Origin: Trueperaceae bacterium
GTDB lineage: Bacteria; Deinococcota; Deinococci; Deinococcales; Trueperaceae
Length of the DNA: 64,000 bases
Assembly: GCA_965214405.1 (NCBI GenBank)
Contig: OZ243956.1
Span: forward strand, 480,001-544,000
Direction of reading: 5' to 3'
Shown piece by piece: positions 38,989 to 48,156 of this stretch; position 1 is the first letter of the stretch; each line of letters starts with the position of its first letter. The position numbers were made by a program, and so were the translations under genes. The notes under the pieces are model-generated. The model did no database searches and was not told where the DNA came from. It was given only the letters and a program-made list of their open reading frames with translations.

Positions 38989-40878
38989 TTAGTTCAGGCG
39001 GAAGCGGGCTAAGTTGCCGGTCATCGCCTCGGCGAGCTCTTGGAGCTTCCGGGCGGCTTCACGACCGCGGATAACCGACGCCTGCGAGCGCTCGGAAATA
39101 CCGGCGATCGTCGAGACCGACGACCCTACCTCTTCCACGTTCCGTACCTGACCCTGGGTGGCCTGCGAAATAAGCTGCGCGAGCGCCGCCGAGCGGTTGG
39201 CGATGTCGCCGATCTCTTTAAGACGCTCGCCCGCCTCGGTGGTCACGCGGTAACCCGTTTCCACCTCGCGCGTGCCGTCCTCGACCGACACGATCACCTC
39301 TTGCACCTCGTTTTGCACGGCTTTAATGAGCGTTTCGATGCGCTCGGTGGCGAGCTTGGAGTCTTCCGCCAATCTGCGGACCTCGCCCGCGACGACCGCG
39401 AAGCGGCTCCCGGCCTCGCCCGCGCCCGACGCCTCGATGGCGGCGTTGAGCGCCAAGAGGTTTGTCTGCGAGGAGATGCGCGAAATGGTCTCGACGATTT
39501 CCGAAATCTCCAAGGAGCGGTCGCCCAAGCCTTTGATGCGTTTGGAGATGGACTGCACCTCGCGGCGGATGTTCTGCATCCCGTGGAGCGTGTTGTCGAG
39601 CGCCTGCTGACCCTGCTGCGAGGCTTGAAGGGTACGACCGGCGGCCCGCGCGGACTCTTCGGCGTTTTCGGCCATCTCACGAATCGAGGCGGTCAGCTGC
39701 CGCACGTCACCCGTGGCCTTGCGGGCTTCTTCAGCCTGGAGCGTCGCGTTTTGGGTGATCTCGTCGGTAATCCCGGCCATTTCCGATGAGCCTTCGGTAA
39801 CGGATAGCGCGGTACCCTGCACGTCCTGGAGGAGGTAGGTGAGTTCTTCGACCATTAGGTTGATCGCGTCAACCACGTTGCCGAGCACGCCTTCGGACAC
39901 GGCGCCGCGCTTGGTAAAGTCGCCGTCGGCGATGTCCATCGCGACTTCCAGAAACGAGCCGATGTTCGCCTGAAGCATTTCTCGCTGGCGGCGCTGTTCG
40001 TCTCGGTCTTCCTCGGTCTGCACCATGCCGCGCAGACGCATGACGGTGTTGTTAAAGGTTCGCGCCAAAAGCCCTATTTCGTCGGTTGAACGAACCTCGG
40101 CGAGGTTCGACAGGTCCCCCTGACCAACCTTTGAAGCCACGTCCACAAGGCGGCGAATGGGGTTAACGATGCGGTTGGCGAAAACGGCCGCCAAGCCGAT
40201 GACGACAAGGGTGATGGCGCCGAAGATGGCCAGCAGGGTGAGCAAGCCTCTGCTGGCCGCCGCGCGCACGACCGTTAGGTTCATGCCGATGTAGACCGTG
40301 CCCAACTGGCCGTCCAGAATAGGCGCTGCAAGTTGCAGAACGCTCTCGGTCTGGTCTGTTTCTAGGTTACGGTAGGTGAATTCGGCGCCACCGTCCGGGT
40401 TGCCCGCGTTGTCCGAGCGTTGAGCGCTCGCCTGCACCACTTCTTTGGGGACGAAGGGGGCAAAGGTATGGACGATGATGTTACCCTCGCTGTCGCTTAT
40501 CCAGATGTAGGCAACGGAGCTAAATTCGGCTTCCTGGTTGGCGAGCGCCTGAAGCTGGGTTGTGTCGCCTGCGGCAAGGTAGCCGGGGGCAATCTCGGCG
40601 AGCGTGCCGATGGTCGCCTCGCCCTCCTGCACCAAACCTTCGCGGAGCGTGTTGCGCAGGTTGGTCGAAGAGACGAAAACGCCCACCGCGGCAAACACGA
40701 ACAAAACCAGCGTAAGAAAGATGATGATTTTGGCGCTGAGGCCGAGACCCCTGGAGGTCGGCGTAGGGGCATTCTCACCCCTTGCTGAAACGTCTTTTTT
40801 AGCCCTCTTGTTTTTAGCGGGTTGGGCCGTGTGGGGCTGAACGGGGGTGGCGAGCGTAACGGTATCGGGTTCTTGCAC
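38989..40878 (-). CDS. Methyl-accepting chemotaxis protein (PilJ-like)
   Basis: Two TM segments, HAMP (DEIGLLA), QTNLLALNAAIEA...FAVVAGEVRRLAE. Confidence 0.93.
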   Translation of the reverse strand: MQEPDTVTLATPVQPHTAQPAKNKRAKKDVSARGENAPTPTSRGLGLSAKIIIFLTLVLFVFAAVGVFVSSTNLRNTLREGLVQEGEATIGTLAEIAPGYLAAGDTTQLQALANQEAEFSSVAYIWISDSEGNIIVHTFAPFVPKEVVQASAQRSDNAGNPDGGAEFTYRNLETDQTESVLQLAAPILDGQLGTVYIGMNLTVVRAAASRGLLTLLAIFGAITLVVIGLAAVFANRIVNPIRRLVDVASKVGQGDLSNLAEVRSTDEIGLLARTFNNTVMRLRGMVQTEEDRDEQRRQREMLQANIGSFLEVAMDIADGDFTKRGAVSEGVLGNVVDAINLMVEELTYLLQDVQGTALSVTEGSSEMAGITDEITQNATLQAEEARKATGDVRQLTASIREMAENAEESARAAGRTLQASQQGQQALDNTLHGMQNIRREVQSISKRIKGLGDRSLEISEIVETISRISSQTNLLALNAAIEASGAGEAGSRFAVVAGEVRRLAEDSKLATERIETLIKAVQNEVQEVIVSVEDGTREVETGYRVTTEAGERLKEIGDIANRSAALAQLISQATQGQVRNVEEVGSSVSTIAGISERSQASVIRGREAARKLQELAEAMTGNLARFRLN

Positions 40879-40887
40879 GTTATTCTC

Positions 40888-42186
40888 CTAGCTGAGTACC
40901 GCAGCCCAGTTGCGGAGCGGCGTCCACACGCCGTTTTCGGCGTGGGTGTAGTAAACGTTGTTGAGACCCTGGTGGTCGTTGAGCCCGAAGCTTACGGGGG
41001 TGCCAACGCCGATGTCTAAGTCCTCGAGGCTCTCCATCGCCATGCGGAAGCCCTGGCGCGTAAGCTCGGGGCCGGCGCGGCGCAAGCCCTCGAGCAAAAC
41101 TTTGGCGTTGATGAAACCCTCTAAACCGACAAAACTGTACCCCGTCGGCGTAGAAGCTTCGTTTTGCAAGTCTCGTAAGCTGCCGGGCAGCCCGGGCTGC
41201 CACTTGTCCGTAAGGTCGCGGTAGAGCCGCACAACGGGTAGCGTAGTGTCTTTATAGTCGGGCACGACCTGGGAATTGACGAGCGACGTGGTGTAGTCCC
41301 TGCCGCTCGCCGCGCCCGCCTCTTTGAGCAGGTCGAGCAGCGTGTCCGCGCCCACGAAAGACAGGTTGGAGATAGGCGCGTGCCAGCCACCCTCACGCGC
41401 CGTACGGGTGAAAGCGCCGCAGGCCTGATAAGATCCCGTCGCCAAGACAACCTCGACCCCCGCATCTCTAAGGTGGCCCACCGCTGCGCTCATATCACTC
41501 TCAAAAGTCGCGCCGCGGCGGTAGGTCGCTTCCGCTAAGATGTTCGCGCCGCGCGCGGCGAGGGCCCGGGCCACCCCGTCGGTGCCGCTTCGCCCATACG
41601 CGTCGATCTGATAAAACACGCCGAACTTGCGCAGGCCGAGCGCCCAGAACTGCTCGACGAGCGCCCCCATCTCCTGCCGGTAGGACGCGCGGACGTTGAA
41701 TATCTGATCCACGTAGGGCGCTTCGCGCTGCGCCTGCGCGCCGGTCAGGTTGCCGACGAGCACGAGGTCGTCGCCCGAAAACGCTTTGATCATGGGCAGC
41801 GCGCGCACCAGCGTCGGCGTGCCGACGTAGTTGGACAAACAGAACACGCCCTCTTGTTCAACCAGTCGCAGCGTGTTGCCGAGCGTTCGCGCGGGCGTGT
41901 AGCCGTCGTCGAGCGCGACCACCCGGACGGCGCGACCGAAGATGCCGCCGTTCGCGTTCACCTCCTCGTAAGCCGCTTGTGCGCCCAAGTAGTAGTCGCT
42001 GCCGAGCGCCGCCGACGCGCCCGAAAAAGCGGCGCTCATGCCGATCCTGATCTCGTCGTCCGTCACCCCCGGTACGGCGGCGCTACCTTGCGCGAAGCCA
42101 AGGAGCGGCGTGGCGGGGAGGGGAGCGCCCGCCGCGACACCGGCCGCGCCGCCCGCTAACACTTTCAAGAACTTTCTTCTGTTCAT
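40888..42186 (-). CDS. Tat-exported periplasmic substrate-binding protein (type 1, branched-chain-like)
   Basis: MNRRKFLK twin-arginine signal; IRIGMSAAFSG, NANGGIFGR, LDDGY and FNVRASY motifs; GAGGAG RBS. Confidence 0.88.
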   Translation of the reverse strand: MNRRKFLKVLAGGAAGVAAGAPLPATPLLGFAQGSAAVPGVTDDEIRIGMSAAFSGASAALGSDYYLGAQAAYEEVNANGGIFGRAVRVVALDDGYTPARTLGNTLRLVEQEGVFCLSNYVGTPTLVRALPMIKAFSGDDLVLVGNLTGAQAQREAPYVDQIFNVRASYRQEMGALVEQFWALGLRKFGVFYQIDAYGRSGTDGVARALAARGANILAEATYRRGATFESDMSAAVGHLRDAGVEVVLATGSYQACGAFTRTAREGGWHAPISNLSFVGADTLLDLLKEAGAASGRDYTTSLVNSQVVPDYKDTTLPVVRLYRDLTDKWQPGLPGSLRDLQNEASTPTGYSFVGLEGFINAKVLLEGLRRAGPELTRQGFRMAMESLEDLDIGVGTPVSFGLNDHQGLNNVYYTHAENGVWTPLRNWAAVLS

Positions 42187-42328
42187 TTTTCGCTCCTCAA
42201 ACCGACGGGCTGGCACGAGGCGTTTTTGTTTCTGGCGTTTCTGGAAGGTTTATTTCCGCTACGTCCGGTAGTCGCCCCCGAACCTGTCACGGCCTCGAGT
42301 GAGCGGTCGGTCATGTTCACTATTCTCC

Positions 42329-44716
42329 TTAGGCTAAACGGAACCGTGACAAGTTCTCGGTGAGTTCGTTCGACAGGGCTTGCAAGCGGGCGGCGGCCTC
42401 GCGGCCCTCGTTCACGCGGCCCTGGGCGCGTTCGCTAAGCCCGGCAATCGACGAGATGGACGTGCTCACGCCCTCCACGCCCGCCACCTGCGCTTGCGCG
42501 GCGCTCGAGATGGCGCGCACCAGGTCGGCGGACTGGGCGGCAATTTGGGCGATTTCCTTGAGACGTTTCCCGGCTTCGGTAGCGACCCGGTAGCCGGCCT
42601 CCACCTCTTTGGAGCCGCCCCGCACGCGCTGCGACACCTCTTTGATTTCGGCCTGAACGGCGCGCACGAGCCCGCCCACGCGCCCTGCGGCACCCGCGGA
42701 TTCTTCGGCGAGCGCCTGCACCTCGGCGGCCACCGTCGAGAAACGGGCCCCCGCTTCACCGGCACCCGCGGCTTCCAACGCGGCGTTGAGCGCGAGCAGG
42801 TTAATCTGCGACGCGATGTGCGACATCGACTTAACAATCTCTGAAATCTCGTCCGAGCGCGAGCGCAAACTTTCGGAGCGCTCGGAAATGGCCTGCACCT
42901 CGTTGCGGATGGACTGCATTGCTTTAAGCGTGTTCGCCACAGCCTCTTCACCCTGCGCGGACGCGCTCAGGGTGCGGGCGGCGGCTCCGGCGGCGTTGTT
43001 GGCGGTGTCGGCCATGCGGCGGATGGCGTCGGTGATGGCGAGCGCTCTCTCTCTCGCTCCCTGCGCCTCTTCAGTTTGCTGCTGAGCGCTTTTCGTCACA
43101 GCGTCGGTAATCTCGGCCATCTCGGACGAGCCTTGGTTGACCAACAGCGCGGCGTCGCGCGTTCGCGTAAGCAAGTAGGAGAGTTCTTCGACCATTAGGT
43201 TAATCGCTTCGACGACGTTGCCGAGCACGTCTTCGGACACGGCGCCGCGCTTGGTAAAGTCGCCGTCGGCGATGTCCACCGCGACCTCAAGGAACTCGCT
43301 GACGTTTTGCTGTAACCGTCTGTTCTGGCGGCTGATCTCATCGCGCTCTTCTTCGGTCTGAATCATGCCGCGTAGGCGCATGGTCGTTTGATTGAGTGAG
43401 CCTGCTAAGAGACCAAGCTCGTCGTTGGAGCGAACGTCGAGAAGCTGTGAGAGGTCACCGCGTCCAATGCGGCGTGCGGCGCGGGTAAGTTTGTCAAGTG
43501 GCGAGGTGATGCTGCGGGCGAAGAGAACGCCTAGGATACTTGCGACCGTTACGGCAACGAGACCGATGACGACCGCGCGAACCGTGATCTGGTCAACGGC
43601 GGCGAGCACTTCGGCGGCTTCTTGGCGAATGACGATGAAAAAGTCCAGGGCTTCAACCGCGTCCAGAATCTGCCCTTCAAGCGCGACAACACTCTCTGCT
43701 GCCGCACCCTCACCTGCGGTAAGGCTCGAGTAGCTATAAAGCACTTCCTGACCGTCTGCACCGGCGAACGTATCTGTTCCGCGAACGTTCCTTGCGAACG
43801 CGCCCAGGAAGGCGGCACCCTCGCGTTCGCTTGTTACGCCCTCCTGGGCGCGAGGGTCGTAGACGATGTCACCGTTGCCTCGCGCGAGCACCGCGTAACC
43901 CGTCTCGCCGAAACTTGGCTCCGCAATAAACGCGAAAAGCGCCGCAACGTCAACCGTCGTGCGGAAGATGCCGATCACCTCTTCTGAGTTGTCCGCGTAG
44001 ACGGGCACGGCAACGTCAATGGCGGTTGCGCCCGCACTCTCGTCGTACTCGGGCTGCGAGATGTAAATTCCGCCTGCGCCGCCGTTCCAGGCGTTCTGCC
44101 ACCAGGCTTCGTCGGCTTGGTTGTAGTCCGAGAGCGTACCCGTAGAAGCTACCGTTGCGCCGTAGCGGTCGGTGAAAAATACCTCTAAGTTCTCGTTAAA
44201 ATTGTTGGTAAATGTGTTGAGCCCGTTGACAGCCGGGTTGGTGGCTGCGTCGCTGAGATTTTCGAACTCGGCGGCGGCCCCCTTAGTCTGACGGTAGAGA
44301 GCGTCCAACGCTTCTATACTGGCGACGATGTCCGCTTTGCCGCCTGTATAGCTCGCGTTACGCGCGTTGACAGCGTTAGCCACGCTACCCGAGAAAGAGA
44401 GCACTTGAAGGCGGCTGGCCTGCTCATCAAAAAAGCTACTGACCAATTCGGTAAGCTGCTGAGTCGTATTGGTCTGCCCTTCGAGAATCGCTTCGCGGAG
44501 TGCGGCGCGCGTGTTGAGCGTCACGACAACGATGGTTGTGAGGAGCGCGAGGCCCAGGAGGCCGATGATCATGGCGGGCAGCTTGACCGAGAGTGACAAG
44601 CCGCTCGCCTTGCTCTCTCGGGCGCCCCCTTTACGCCGGCGCTGCTCGCCGCCCTCCGCCTTTGTGGGCAACGCCTTTACGCCAGGCGCGCCAGTTTGAG
44701 ATTCCGACTGGTCCAT
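42329..44716 (-). CDS. Methyl-accepting chemotaxis protein with dCache-like sensor
   Basis: DYNQADEAWWQ, PEYDESA, HAMP and QINLLALNAALEA motifs. Confidence 0.93.
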   Translation of the reverse strand: MDQSESQTGAPGVKALPTKAEGGEQRRRKGGARESKASGLSLSVKLPAMIIGLLGLALLTTIVVVTLNTRAALREAILEGQTNTTQQLTELVSSFFDEQASRLQVLSFSGSVANAVNARNASYTGGKADIVASIEALDALYRQTKGAAAEFENLSDAATNPAVNGLNTFTNNFNENLEVFFTDRYGATVASTGTLSDYNQADEAWWQNAWNGGAGGIYISQPEYDESAGATAIDVAVPVYADNSEEVIGIFRTTVDVAALFAFIAEPSFGETGYAVLARGNGDIVYDPRAQEGVTSEREGAAFLGAFARNVRGTDTFAGADGQEVLYSYSSLTAGEGAAAESVVALEGQILDAVEALDFFIVIRQEAAEVLAAVDQITVRAVVIGLVAVTVASILGVLFARSITSPLDKLTRAARRIGRGDLSQLLDVRSNDELGLLAGSLNQTTMRLRGMIQTEEERDEISRQNRRLQQNVSEFLEVAVDIADGDFTKRGAVSEDVLGNVVEAINLMVEELSYLLTRTRDAALLVNQGSSEMAEITDAVTKSAQQQTEEAQGARERALAITDAIRRMADTANNAAGAAARTLSASAQGEEAVANTLKAMQSIRNEVQAISERSESLRSRSDEISEIVKSMSHIASQINLLALNAALEAAGAGEAGARFSTVAAEVQALAEESAGAAGRVGGLVRAVQAEIKEVSQRVRGGSKEVEAGYRVATEAGKRLKEIAQIAAQSADLVRAISSAAQAQVAGVEGVSTSISSIAGLSERAQGRVNEGREAAARLQALSNELTENLSRFRLA

Positions 44717-44723
44717 GTTTCTC

Positions 44724-45194
44724 CTAAGCGCCCTCGAGGGCTTGACTCAACCCCTCGGCGATTTTGGGAACGTTGAGCACGACCACGCCTTTACCCTCAA
44801 AGGTCCACCGGCCCAGGCCGTAGTGACGAAAGGCTTCGGGTGAGGACGCGCCCAAGGGCAGCATCGCGCCGCGCTCCAACGCGCCAAAGCCCACCACCTC
44901 GTCCACGCTTAGCGCGAGCGTGTGCGGGGCGGCGTGGGCGAGCACGGCTAAATCGTGGGCAACGGGGCCGCCACCCGCAAAACCGAGCAGGGGACGGGGG
45001 TCGATAAGGGGCAAAAGCGCGCCCCCGGAGATAAAAAGCCCCAAGAACGCCCCCGGCGTGCGCGGCACAGGGGTCACGCCGGGGACAGTCACGACCTGAC
45101 GCGCGTGCGCGCCCTCGACGGCGAAGAGCGAGGTCTCGAGCCTGAAAAACAGCGCGCTCGGAGTTCCTGTGGTGCTGTTCCTGGGGACGCTCAT
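44724..45194 (-). CDS. cheW: CheW-like adaptor
   Basis: VTPVPRTP..FLGL..G..LPLID and LSVDEVVG motifs. Confidence 0.85.
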   Translation of the reverse strand: MSVPRNSTTGTPSALFFRLETSLFAVEGAHARQVVTVPGVTPVPRTPGAFLGLFISGGALLPLIDPRPLLGFAGGGPVAHDLAVLAHAAPHTLALSVDEVVGFGALERGAMLPLGASSPEAFRHYGLGRWTFEGKGVVVLNVPKIAEGLSQALEGA

Positions 45195-45556
45195 GCGTTA
45201 AAGTGTTCCCGCACCGCCGTCAGCACGCCCTCGGGCGTATACGGCTTGGTGACGTAGGCCGCCGCGCCCTGCCGCAGACCCCAGCGGACGTCCGTGTCTT
45301 CGGATTTAGAAGACACCAAGATGACCGGCACGCTTTGGGTCACGGGGTTTCGCTTTAGCGCGCGGAGCACCTCGTAGCCGTTGCGCTGGGGCATCACGAT
45401 GTCGAGCATGACTAAGTCGGGCTTGTCCGCCACGATTTTGTCCTCGACGCTCACCGGGTCGTTGTGCGCCGTGACGGTGTGGCTGGCCGACCTGAGAATC
45501 GACTCCATCATCTTTAGGTCGGCGGCGGCGTCATCAATTACGGTAATTTTTGCCAT
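45191..45556 (-). CDS. Single-domain response regulator (PilH/CheY-like)
   Basis: VIDD, LDIVMP, DVRWGLRQGA and TKPY motifs. Confidence 0.92.
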   Translation of the reverse strand: MAKITVIDDAAADLKMMESILRSASHTVTAHNDPVSVEDKIVADKPDLVMLDIVMPQRNGYEVLRALKRNPVTQSVPVILVSSKSEDTDVRWGLRQGAAAYVTKPYTPEGVLTAVREHFNA

Positions 45557-45576
45557 GTTTCCCTTCCTGTTTTTCT

Positions 45577-45602
45577 CACGGGTGCGATGCGGATTTGGAT
45601 GC
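45577..45602 (-). promoter_or_regulatory. Putative ECF promoter GCATCC-N16-CGTG directly upstream of the chemosensory operon
   Basis: Minus strand GCATCCAAATCCGCATCGCACCCGTG, ending about 7 nt before the AGGAAGGG RBS of the gene at 45556. Confidence 0.5.
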
Positions 45603-46111
45603 CGACCAGCTTGTAACCCTTCTTAATAACTTTCTACGAAGCGGGGGAAGCGTGCTCACGGAAACTTTACAGAGCGGTAAAGAAAACGCGAAATGTGAAC
45701 AATCCAACCTTCCGCAGGAGTGACCGTGGGGAGACCTGTGGCGAAAGGTTGAAAGCGCGTTTCTGCGAAACCCACGTCTCACAGCGACTTGCACAAATAC
45801 TGAGGGTATTCAGCGGAGGCAGCATCACATAGACCCCGTCCTATACGACAACCTGCTGTCTACACCTTTCTTAAACCAAACGCTTGTATGAGTCAATTGC
45901 GTAATAACTGGATTTTAGTCCAGTTTTCGCGTCAGGAACGGATAAACCGAACGTTAAATGGCCGTAACCATAGTTTCTCCGTGCTGAACGGAGGAACTTA
46001 CTGTTTTTCTTCTTATTTCGCAAATCATTTTATGTCAAAAGAGAAGAGGGCCTTCAGGGTCAAAACCCCGGAGCAAACCCAAGGTCGTGACTTTTTAGCC
46101 TTCCGCCCTGC

Positions 46112-47002
46112 TCAGTACCCCAACCGCCCCAACGTCTCCTCGACAGAACGCGCGTAAGCCCCGCCAAAAAGTAGGGCGTGAATCAGCAGCGGATGGAGGC
46201 TATACACGTCGCGGCGCGTTTCAAAATCCGGACGAACGGGGCGCAGCGCGTGATAAGCGTCCCAAAAGGGGCGGCCAAAAGAGTTAAAGAGCGCGATGTA
46301 GGCGAGTTCCATGTCGGCGTCGGCGTGGTAGAGGGAGGGGTCCAAAAAGCCGGTGACGCGGCCCCCTCTCGCCAACACGTTGCTCGTCCACACGTCGCCG
46401 TGGATGAGCGAGGGGTAAGGCGGTTCGTCCAGGAGGGTGGGGAGGTTCTCAGCCAGGTGCTCGAGCCTCTCCCCCACCCGCTGGGGCAACCTCCCGCTCT
46501 TAAGCGTGAGGCGGGTCAGGTACAGCAGGCGGTGGTCTCGAAAAAAGTCCACCCACGACGCCGTGGGCGGGTTGGGCTGCGGCAGAGGTCCCGCGAGCGT
46601 GTCCCAGGGGAAACCGTAGACGTCGGCGCGGACGGCGTGGAGCGCGGCTAGGAGTTCGGCGGCGTGACGTTCGGCGGGAGGTGAAAAGGCGCTCTCGCCG
46701 GGAAGGTTTTGGAGCGCGAGCAGCGTGTCCGAGTCGTAAACAACCTCGGGTACAGGCAGCGCGCTCTTTTCTTTCAAGTAACGCAGCATGGCCCCCTCGA
46801 GCCCCAGCGAGGCGTCCTCTTTATCGTCCACCTTTATAACGACCACGCGCCCGTCCGCCAGCGCGACCCGGTACACCAGGGCAATGCAGCCGCCGTGCAG
46901 GCGCGTGAAGTTTAGCGGGCGGGAGCCGAGGACGGTCTCGAGCCGCGCTTTTAACGTTTCAGGAGCCGGAGTGGCATTGGAGGAAAGTGACCCGTGTGGC
47001 AT
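46112..47002 (-). CDS. Fructosamine kinase family protein
   Basis: HGGCI, WVDFFRDHRL, PSLIHGDVW and FLDP motifs. Start placed at ATG 47002 after TATCCT-N5. Confidence 0.9.
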   Translation of the reverse strand: MPHGSLSSNATPAPETLKARLETVLGSRPLNFTRLHGGCIALVYRVALADGRVVVIKVDDKEDASLGLEGAMLRYLKEKSALPVPEVVYDSDTLLALQNLPGESAFSPPAERHAAELLAALHAVRADVYGFPWDTLAGPLPQPNPPTASWVDFFRDHRLLYLTRLTLKSGRLPQRVGERLEHLAENLPTLLDEPPYPSLIHGDVWTSNVLARGGRVTGFLDPSLYHADADMELAYIALFNSFGRPFWDAYHALRPVRPDFETRRDVYSLHPLLIHALLFGGAYARSVEETLGRLGY

Positions 47003-47115
47003 GAGCAAGGATAACGCAAGCAGACAAGGATAACGCAGGCAGAAACGCGAAGAGGCGTCCGGCTCCTCTTCCCTCACAACCTTTTGGGTACACTGGCGGC
47101 ACGTAAGGAGGTTTT

Positions 47116-47538
47116 ATGTTGGCGTTTCTTCTCGTTTTCTTATCTGGCTTCTTGCCCGGCTTTTTGCCTGGTTTCTTGCCCAGTGCGGACGCTCAGCCGC
47201 ACCGGCTCGAGGTGACCATGACCGCCTATTCGTCCGAGGTCGCGCAGACCGACAGCACGCCCCACACGACCGCCACGGGTCAAAAGGTGCGCCCCGGCAT
47301 CGTCGCGGTGAGCGAGGATTTGCTCACCACGCAGCTTCCTTTTGGAACAAAGGTGCGGATTGTCGATATCCGCGATGACCCTGAATGCGGCGGTTTTGAT
47401 AGCGGCTACGTCTTAGAGGTACAAGACCTAATGCACGAGCGCAAAGAGAACCAGGTGGACGTGTGGATGCCTACCCTAGCCAAGGCGGAGGGCTGGGGGA
47501 GTTGCGTGGTGACGCTCGAGGTGGTGAGCTACGACTGA
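47116..47538 (+). CDS. 3D domain-containing secreted protein
   Basis: TAYSS...QTDSTP..TATG, VAVS.DL, PFGTKV, VQD and VDVW motifs; AAGGAGG RBS. Confidence 0.88.
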   Translation: MLAFLLVFLSGFLPGFLPGFLPSADAQPHRLEVTMTAYSSEVAQTDSTPHTTATGQKVRPGIVAVSEDLLTTQLPFGTKVRIVDIRDDPECGGFDSGYVLEVQDLMHERKENQVDVWMPTLAKAEGWGSCVVTLEVVSYD

Positions 47539-47635
47539 TACCGGGTTGTAGCGCAAGGAGCCCACTCCGCTCGAGCAAGCCGGTTTTATACGGGTCCTCC
47601 AACCCTGTTTGAGGCAGCTTTGCTCAAGACCACAT

Positions 47636-47899
47636 TCAGGCGTGAAGCTCCTCTTCGGGAAGCGAGTCGAGCCAAGCGTCATGCTCGGCGCGAGCATCTT
47701 TAATGTCAAACTCGAGCTGTGCGAGGTGAGCCTGTAAATTTCCCTCGACGTCGCCGTGCTCCTCACTGTCAATGCTTATCAACTTGAGCTGCTCGAGCTC
47801 CTCCAAACACGTTTTGGCGCTCTGGGTGACCTGTTTATAAAGCCACTCCAAATGTTCTCTATTCACCTTTGACCTCTTCTCATCTTTGCCTCTTTTCAT
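47636..47899 (-). CDS. Small acidic hypothetical protein, paralog of 1575-1817
   Basis: ATGA overlap with the upstream pseudogene; gapless similarity to the 1575-1817 product. Confidence 0.75.
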   Translation of the reverse strand: MKRGKDEKRSKVNREHLEWLYKQVTQSAKTCLEELEQLKLISIDSEEHGDVEGNLQAHLAQLEFDIKDARAEHDAWLDSLPEEELHA

Positions 47900-48093
47900 C
47901 TTCTACCGCCGGGAAGTTTTGCCTCGAGCTTTTCTATCTCCCTTTAATGCCGCTTAATATCCTCTTCCCATTTGGCGATGTTGCGCCGATCAGGATAAGG
48001 CTTGGCCTACTCCGCGTCGATTTTGTCAATATGCTCACGAAGGACTCTGAGGTGCCCCCGAATTCTTTTACGGAGGTCTTTATTTCTTCCCAT
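47896..48093 (-). pseudogene. 65-codon small basic protein gene with two in-frame stops
   Basis: Reads MGRNKDLRKRIRGHLRVLREHIDKIDAE*AKPYPDRRNIAKWEEDIKRH*REIEKLEAKLPGGRR*. TAG at 48007-48009, TAA at 47944-47946. TACACT-N5-ATG leaderless start. Confidence 0.75.
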
Positions 48094-48156
48094 GCGCGAG
48101 TGTATCAAACCAGCCGCGACGCGATATGCGGCGCTGGGCGCGGGTTAGGATAAGGT

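Noticed and set aside
45780..45820. CCGCTGAAT on the minus strand resembling the start of a c-di-AMP (ydaO) riboswitch
   Set aside because: The downstream conserved elements (GGGGGAACC, GGGUGAA, CCCGUCAG) are absent.
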